Assembly (NCBI GenBank): GCA_002104905.1
Contig: MCFE01000009.1
Location: forward strand, 201,036-265,035
Direction of reading: 5' to 3'
DNA: 64,000 bases
Origin: Basidiobolus meristosporus CBS 931.73
Lineage: Eukaryota; Fungi; Basidiobolomycota
Shown here: positions 56,981 through 64,000 of the stretch, one piece after another
Numbering within the stretch: the first letter of the stretch is position 1
Layout: each line of letters opens with the position of its first letter
The notes under the pieces: model-generated
The model's input: the letters and a program-made list of their open reading frames with translations, nothing else
Databases searched by the model: none
What the model was told of the DNA's origin: nothing
Translations under genes and position numbers: made by a program

Positions 56981-57370
56981 AAAGTGCTTTTATTTTTCAT
57001 CATGATAGTTTTACATGAGTTCCTAACGCACTTTGAAAGTACGCAGTAACCATACCCCAACAGGTTTTAAGGATGTCCACTAGCTACGTCTACTTGTGTC
57101 TAGCGGGAGCCATCAATCATCAGCCGCGCAATACTGAAGTGCTTTTATTTTTCATCATGCTAGTTTTGTATGAATCCCTAACGCACTTTCATAGTGTGCA
57201 GTAACCATACCCCAACAGATTTTAAGGATACCCACTTGCTACATTTACTTGTGTCTAGCGGGAGTCATCAATCATCAGCCGCGCGGTAATAAAGTGCTTT
57301 TATTTTTCATCATGATAGTTTTACATGAGTCCCTAACGCACTTTTATAGTGCGCGGTAACCATACCCCCA
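56981..57370. repeat. Tandem array, ~155-bp unit, ~2.5 copies
   Basis: Unit starts at 56981, 57136 and 57291; two units fewer than the array in copy 1. Confidence 0.92.
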
Positions 57371-57827
57371 GAAAGTAGTGTGGATGCTTACTTTAAACGC
57401 TCACTTGTGTATTGTACGGACTATCAACAAACAGCCACGTGGGAATGGAACATCATAGAAAAGCATTGCTTTGTTGTTAGCAAGTATTGATGCGCAAAGA
57501 GTGGTACTATGTGAATTATTGAGTAACTATTTACTCTAGTTGGTTCCAAGATATTCCTAGACAATATGCTCAAAATCAATATTAGCATCAATAGCTTGCT
57601 CTTTGATCACTAAACCACCGCACCCAATATGCGGTGGCCTTGGTTTTGTCTAGCCGTCAAGGAATGAAACCAGAGTACAGTCACAAGAGAGGCAAAAGTG
57701 AAATGTGATGAAGTAAGTGTATATGAAAGTAATATAAATCTACAGGACAGAAGAGAACAACTAGTAGTTAAACAGCACTCACTGACACTCCACCAAGTAG
57801 AGCACCAACACGGACAATAAACAAGTC

Positions 57828-58289
57828 ATGAGGGGAAAGCTTAAGGACCGCTACTCGGGGATCAAGACCAAAAGAGGAAGCTGCCTCTACCATAGCAGTC
57901 CTCGCGCTCCAAAGGAAGACCAAGAGTCTATTATAGACAAAGATTGCGGCGAGAAGAGCAGTACAATTACCAGTTCTGGTAGTGGTACCTTTGGAAGTCC
58001 CGAATACCTGGAGAAAACTCGGAAAAAATTGGCAGATGACTCAGTTGTCCTGAGCAGAAAACGAACCAATGCGATTGAGCAGTTCCGAAACAAACTTCAG
58101 CTTAGTTCTTCTTTGCCTCACTATAAAGTACTCCAAGTGGCTTATTTGGATTATAAGCGTATGAAGGAGAATCAGGCAGAGACTGATAAATTAAGTGATA
58201 GTCAATTGCATCACTTCTTAGACCAGGTAGAGAAACAGTTGCACAGCCAAGAGACGGAACAAGAATTGACGATTACAGAAACCAAATAA
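57828..58289 (+). CDS. Hypothetical 153-aa protein (unit copy 2)
   Basis: Same length as, and similar to, 54670-55131. Confidence 0.4.
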   Translation: MRGKLKDRYSGIKTKRGSCLYHSSPRAPKEDQESIIDKDCGEKSSTITSSGSGTFGSPEYLEKTRKKLADDSVVLSRKRTNAIEQFRNKLQLSSSLPHYKVLQVAYLDYKRMKENQAETDKLSDSQLHHFLDQVEKQLHSQETEQELTITETK

Positions 58290-58521
58290 TTTTGCCAATG
58301 TAGTTTTGCATTTTAATAAAATAAAAGGGTGTTAATAAGAACAGAATAAAGTTAACTTATGTGTACATCAAATGATTCAAATACTGGCTAGATGGATGTT
58401 ACGTAGGAGCAAGAAGCTCAGTAACCTCAAAGGAAAGATACGATGAATGGGCCACCGACATCATCCAAATGAGTATAAAAGTGGAGAAAGGAGACATAAT
58501 CCTTCATAAAAAACAAGAAGC

Positions 58522-59307
58522 ATGGAAGCAGGCAGTAGCCAGGTAGATGCCAGGAGTGAAGGTAGAGTACAAAGAAAGCAAGGAAGGGGACAAGGATGCG
58601 GAAGAGGACGCGGAACCGGGCGCGGAAGAGGAAGAGGGCAAGGAAGTGGCCAAATCCAAGAGGAGCGTGAAGGAGGTGTTGCAGCAAACATGGATGATGC
58701 TGAGCAAGTTGCTGTAGTCACTACCAGGCGGCCGGTCAACCAAGTTTCCCAAGCATTGTCAGAGGTTCGACAAGAGCTTCCGGAATATAGGACAACATTG
58801 CACCATGAGATATTGCGACGTATGTGCCAGGAGATTAAACAGAGGAGGGGTGATATTGTAAAGCTAAATCGGGATATTGCTGGACTTCAAGCCCAGATTG
58901 ATTTCAGTTTCCACCATTCTACTGAGGCATTAGTGGCACAAATGGTGGAAAAGTTTGCCCGCATCAGGGCAAGCGATGAGCAGGATGCATCTTCCGACCC
59001 AGGTGTACTTGCGAGTAACAGTATTGGAGGGGATACTACTTTCTCCCTTGAACCTACCACAGGCCAAGAGACAAGAGCAGAATCCTCCACAACAATGAGA
59101 ATGGCCCCCACGCAGGTTGATATGGAAGTGTGCGAAGAAGACGTGGAGAAGCAGAGTGGGGATACTATAGGCCAACCAGAAACTGTAATGGAGGCGGAGA
59201 GACCAAGTCATATTGTCATCTTAAAAATACCACAGGTTGATTCATCGCTATCACTTCCCCCATCATCACTATCTGTGCCCCCATCACCACCGCCATCCTC
59301 TGGCTAA
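58522..59307 (+). CDS. Hypothetical 261-aa protein with RG/GR-rich tract and predicted coiled coil
   Basis: GRGQGCGRGRGTGRGRGRGQG followed by heptad-like EIKQRRGDIVKLNRDIAGLQAQI; S/P-rich tail. Confidence 0.5.
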   Translation: MEAGSSQVDARSEGRVQRKQGRGQGCGRGRGTGRGRGRGQGSGQIQEEREGGVAANMDDAEQVAVVTTRRPVNQVSQALSEVRQELPEYRTTLHHEILRRMCQEIKQRRGDIVKLNRDIAGLQAQIDFSFHHSTEALVAQMVEKFARIRASDEQDASSDPGVLASNSIGGDTTFSLEPTTGQETRAESSTTMRMAPTQVDMEVCEEDVEKQSGDTIGQPETVMEAERPSHIVILKIPQVDSSLSLPPSSLSVPPSPPPSSG

Positions 59308-59479
59308 CTTGAGTAAATAAAGAATTTCCACCATCCCAAATCAATGAATTGACAAGTAATAAGTTGAACTGATAAGATTGACAATTTACAGACTAATATA
59401 TGTAAAGTATGTAGTACTTAAGAGCTTTCAAGTTGTGGTGTATTATCAAGTATTCACCGTCACATAAATCACGCAGCAG

Positions 59480-62327
59480 TTGTTGTATCCCTATCCCAAT
59501 GGCATTAGAAGCCAGCAGTTACAAGGAGCATCGGAAAAATTTGGCGTTTACCTGGCGACGGTGGCAGGTGTAACAAAACGCAGCTATTGCTCGATGACCA
59601 TTACCCCATCTATGAGATACTTGCTATTATATGGAGGGTATTCTGTTGAGCACTTTCAAGACAGCAAAATATCCCCGCCTTATGATGAGCGTATAGCTGA
59701 AGAAACATCCGGCCGTGGAATACTCTATGAGCCCAGCTCAAAGGTTCAAATGATTCACCTTGCAGATCTACACGGTGATGAAGACATCACAGTGACAGTT
59801 CTCCCGACTCCAGACAACATATCAACTACAGAGGCAGCCAAAGGGGTGATTTTAATTGGCAACAGCTGTGCTAGTGACCACGAGAATCTCTACATATATG
59901 GTGGTTTTGAGCTGAGCCGTAGAGAATACTCAGGGCGACATGAAAGTGCCAAAAAACGGGGGAAAAAAGCGATACGAAGCAAGAGTGGGGAGACAATCAA
60001 TAGAAGACTGAGCAAGCTGGAGGTAATCACGTACAAAGATGGCAATGGATGCTCCAGAGTATTGGAGACAAGGCCATTCTTGAATAATCCGGCGAATATG
60101 CCTTCAGCAAGAGGTTGGGCAGTTCTTACGTACGCATTTGATTGCTTATTCTTGCTGGGCGGCTATCCTACACCATTGGAACCACCTTATACCCAACCAA
60201 ATGGGAGTTTTTTAAACAAGTTCTACTGTTTAAAATTGCAAACTGGTGATTGGGAAAGACGATATGTACACTCAGCAATACAGGAGCTTGGAGAAAACTT
60301 TATTGCTGTGGTAAACGAGTATAGCAACCAAATCCAATACATCAACAATGCAAATGTTACATTCACCTATGATGTCGATAATCAGATCTGGACTTACCCT
60401 CCCGATCCAAGTCAGGAAGAAATGAGTACAAAGCAGCTACTAGGGCGCATTCTTAATGAATTGGCAGCAATTTCTCAGCGGCACAAGAGGGAAGGCGAAG
60501 GAAGTGCTGAGACTGAAAATATCTTGCGGCATAGTGCCCATGGTCTTACTGTACCACTTAAGAACCATCAAGCATTTGGCGTACAATGGCTGATGTATAC
60601 AGAGGCCATCCATAAAGGAGCATTGCTTGCCAATTCCATGGGACTTGGAAAGACATTGCAGATATTAAGTCGCATATTGGAGACACCTGAGCAAAGGCCA
60701 AATCTTATTGTTGTCACGCTTGGAATACTTCTCAATTGGGTGATGGAGATAAAGACAAAAACAAGGATATCCGATGAAGAGCTTCATGTATTTCATGGAA
60801 AATTCCGAGCTATCAAGAAGTCAGATATGGAGACTAAGAGGATTGTGCTCACCACCTACCACACACTATGTGTTGAAGCAAGGAACCCTGATTTGCCTAT
60901 ATGGAATGTGAAATTTGGCCAAATAGTGGCCAATGAGGCAGATACACTTAAGAACTACGAAGGCGGTAGCTTAAACGCAGTGAGTAAAATTGATGGAGAA
61001 TCCTTAATACTTGTCACTGCCACCCCATTCCAAAATGAGATTATGGATCTTTATTCACATTTCACATTATTCAATCTATGGGAAGGTATTCCAAAGGATT
61101 TCCATCAACTCCTACTTGAGGAGGCCAATGCAAACAGGCTAGTTGAATGGGTTGTAGAAAGACTTGGCCCATTAATATTGAGACGCGTTCCAGAGTCGCA
61201 AATATTTGGAGAACACGCAGTATCCATGCCTAGTATTCAAGAGCAGATTGTCTTGTGCCAATTCTTGCCGGAGGAGCTGCAGGAGTACAAACAACTGCAG
61301 TCAAGTCTTCCAGAGGAAGTCGGTTGGATGGGTGCAAATACCTATCTGCGTCTGTACTCATGCCATCCATATATGTATACCTGGAGCAGGAAGAGGAATT
61401 GACTGAAAAAAGCGGCTGATGCTAGCATTGTCCAAGATGTCGAGATGAGTGAGGATGATTTTCTACCTGAGATTGATGAGGATCTTGAGGTGGTTGCGGT
61501 TGAGGTTGAGGAGCAGCTTCAAGAGATTAATAGCAAAGAGGTTGACAGCTCATCCAATGTTCCATCTACTTCTGCACCAACTGCCATACGCACCGAAGAC
61601 GCCCCTACAATTGCCCAAAGAGGGCTTGCGTTAGAGGACTCCAACAGGGTATTCATCCAAGATTTCCTCACTGGTGTAACCAACAACACTGTGAACGAGC
61701 ATAGTGGCAAAACTTGGAAAATCATGGAAATCCTGCTTGAAATCCAAGAGAAATAAGGAGCACGCACGTGTTATTATTTTTTCTGGGTTTAATCTGATGC
61801 TTGACATAGTGGCTTACCATTTGAGGGAGCAGAGCATTGAACATCTGAAGATTACCGGTTCCACCCCAGTTTGGATACGAAAGAGCAGTATAGATACATT
61901 TGCATTGCCAGTTCCGGAGGGCAAGATTTGTGTGTTACTGATCAACATCAAATGTGGCGCATTTGGATTAAATTTGCAGATGGCATCGGCGGTGATCATT
62001 GCCGACAATTGGTGGAATCCCTATGTAGAAATCCAAGCGAAGGCCAGAGTTTGGAGGGTGAATCAACCAAATAATGTTTCTAGTTACCAGTTAGTCATGC
62101 AAGATTCCATTGAAGCTCAGGGTGTAATTGACAGTCAAACTCGTAAGATTGGCTTATTTGGCCAGATTACGCATACGTTGGTAGATGAAGCATCCAAAGT
62201 ACCAATTTCATTACAACTTCAAGAGCAAGATGATCGGTACTTGAGCCAATTACATGAAGCGCAAGGCAGTGGATCTCTGATGCACAAAGATGAAGAGGAG
62301 GTTGATGAGACAACAGATGAGGAGTAA
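59480..62327 (+). pseudogene. Kelch-like repeat / SNF2-family helicase fusion, disrupted
   Basis: N-terminal LLLYGGY, LYIYGGF, PSARGW..LFLLGGY (Kelch-like). SNF2 motifs LKNHQAFGVQW, LANSMGLGKT, IVLTTY, VANEAD, TATPFQN, LILRR, RVIIFS, GAFGLNLQMASAVII..WWNP.VEIQAKARVWRVNQ. In-frame TGA at 61400-61402 (61445 ORF is the same frame) and a frameshift near 61750. Confidence 0.82.
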
Positions 62328-62522
62328 ATAGGGGTTGCAATGTACCAGGAATCAAGTATGCCAGACTCGAGGTAGTAGTAGCTACTATTGGTAAATAAAC
62401 AATGAGACTAATCTTTTTGCACGAGAAGGGTGGGAGAGGGAGAGGGAGAGAGAAAAGTCAGAGTGGTACAGTCTAAATAAAAAAGGGTGCAAGAGTTTTA
62501 TGGTGATGAAGATAAACATGCA

Positions 62523-63015
62523 TTTGGTGCCGCGCGGTGGTGTTGGGGATTCATCGGGCACAAATGAAAGTGCGATGCTAGAATATAGTGATGAGAATAA
62601 CCATAGGTTTGGTGCCGCGCGGTGCCAATTTGGTATTGAGATTCATCAGGCACAAATGAGAGTGCGATACTAGAATATGGTGATGAGAATAACCATAGGT
62701 TTGGTGCCGCGCGGTGCCAATTTGGTATTGAGATTCATCAGGCACAAATGAGAGTGCGATACTAGAATATGGTGATGAGAATAACCATAGGTTTGGTGCC
62801 GCGCGGTGCCAATTTGGTATTGAGATTCATCAGGCACAAATGAGAGTGCGATACTAGAATATGGTGATGAGAATAACCATAGGTTTGGTGCCGCGCGGTG
62901 CCAATTTGGTATTGAGATTCATCAGGCACAAATGAGAGTGCGATACTAGAATATGGTGATGAGAATAACCATAGGTTTGGTGCCGCGCGGTGCCAATTTG
63001 GTTTTAAGATTCATC
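62523..63015. repeat. Tandem array, 92-bp unit: one diverged, four identical and one partial copy
   Basis: TTTGGTGCCGCGCGG recurs at 62523, 62608, 62700, 62792, 62884 and 62976. Confidence 0.95.
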
Positions 63016-63352
63016 AATATGCGGTAATGAATGATTTGATATGTGCCTTCGTTGGATGGATGACATGCGTTAGTTGGTACTAAAATAGTCTACTCCAACA
63101 AAAACCGCAGGGTATGCCCCCGTGTCTGTTTCATGGGGTTCAGTAAATCACCCAGGGCTATATAAAAATGAAGACCTCTTCTGTAAGGTATTCAGACACA
63201 GACGCGAGAGTTAGTGAAGTACTTGAATCTTACTCACAATTGTAAGCAATGGACTTTCAGTTAGGCAAGAAGTCTTACCTAAGGTAAGTTGAGCTTTGAA
63301 GATTCTAGAAAGGACTTGAGCGTCTTGGTCGCTGCTAATAGCATTCAAGTAA

Positions 63353-64000
63353 GAACTGATTTGGTGGCAATTGTGCGCTAGGGTTGGAAGCAATAGCACA
63401 TCTGGGCAACATATATTCATTGAGAATAACTACTGTCAGGCTGCTAGAACTTCCTCCGGATCCCAAAGCGCTTTACACTTAGAGCAGGGCAAGAGCAGTC
63501 ACCAGCATGGACAATGCGTAAATCCCAGAAAGAGAACGCGACGTGGCAAAAAACATTCCCGAGCCAAGAAGAACAGAAGGGTAGCACTAAATGGGGAAGT
63601 ACGCATTTTAGGAATGAGGCAGGTGATGGAAACATCGGTTGCAACGCAGAAAGGGCAGCAAGAAAAGAGCACCCAACCTGGATTGAAAGGCGGTGATACT
63701 TGCAGAGTAGGCATGGTGCGTGAATATCTGGGTGAAAATCAGGATCCTGGAAATGATTTTGGCGACCTTGATGTGGGCAACCTTGATGTGGATATCATGA
63801 GTAGTGAATACAGCACAGATCGGGGATCCATTGGGGGCATATCAGAGGAGAACATTGCCCAAGCAACAATTCGAGTGGCATCAAATGGTGATCATTCAAA
63901 CGGGCTTAGTAATTGTTGCACAACCACAGGGGAAGAAAGAAGCACTGAGAAGCCACATGGCCTACCGCACACTGCACGTGGTACAAGAGGCAGAAGGGAG
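63353..64000 (+). CDS. Open frame running off the window end (unknown protein, basic NLS-like tract)
   Basis: No stop from 63353 to 64000 in this frame (...PRKRTRRGKKHSRAKKNRR...MVREYLGENQDPGNDF...). TATAAAA at ~63160 and intron-like GTAAGT..CTAATAG (~63285-63340) upstream. Confidence 0.4.

Larger units (their letters stand above)
56337..63015. mobile_element. Large repeat unit, copy 2 (longer; right boundary not determined)
   Basis: Begins TTAGGGTGTAGG like copy 1 and continues past copy 1's breakpoint into the Kelch-SNF2 gene and 92-bp array. The extent beyond ~59050 is assumed from continuity. Confidence 0.6.

Noticed and set aside
55269-58752. Minus-strand Pro/Leu/Ser-rich ORFs (55269-55594, 58427-58752)
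   Set aside because: Antisense reading of the purine-rich RG tract; no independent support.
61400-61760. Programmed readthrough or frameshifting in the SNF2 gene
   Set aside because: Two separate lesions plus degenerate Walker motifs are more simply explained by pseudogenisation; no recoding signal recognised.
62523-63015. 92-bp array as a CRISPR array
   Set aside because: Units are contiguous and identical with no unique spacers; eukaryotic context and no cas genes.

Overview
Eukaryotic, almost certainly fungal, genomic DNA: short 55-70 nt GT-AG introns, a Cdc3-type septin and Fet4-type iron permeases. (1) 1-20.5 kb: the 3' end of a septin, then a minus-strand tandem array of seven type-B carboxylesterase/lipase genes. 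Five look intact and two are pseudogenes. The array includes a co-duplicated septin tail and gene-conversion patches. (2) 20.5-29.5 kb: dispersed repeats, decayed Ty3/Gypsy-like relics and an MFS transporter. (3) 29.5-48.4 kb: an old ~9-10 kb tandem segmental duplication. It carries a eukaryotic RNAi-type RdRP (long ORF in copy A, deleted pseudogene in copy B) and two almost identical Fet4-like genes. (4) 50.1-64 kb, the most unusual part: a head-to-tail chain of minus-strand retroelement pieces. These are a nearly CpG-free LINE-type RT ORF, a tRNA-Gly-derived SINE-like element and two 3' fragments, all sharing a 3' stem-loop and joined at TTAGGG-like seeds. They alternate with two copies of a larger unit that begins at TTAGGG and carries GCA-triloop hairpins, a 155-bp tandem array and orphan ORFs. 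The longer copy continues into a disrupted Kelch-SNF2 helicase gene and a 92-bp tandem array. This architecture suggests a telomere-repeat-primed retroelement system plus a Y'-like subtelomeric element; that reading is inference. All comparisons were made by eye.
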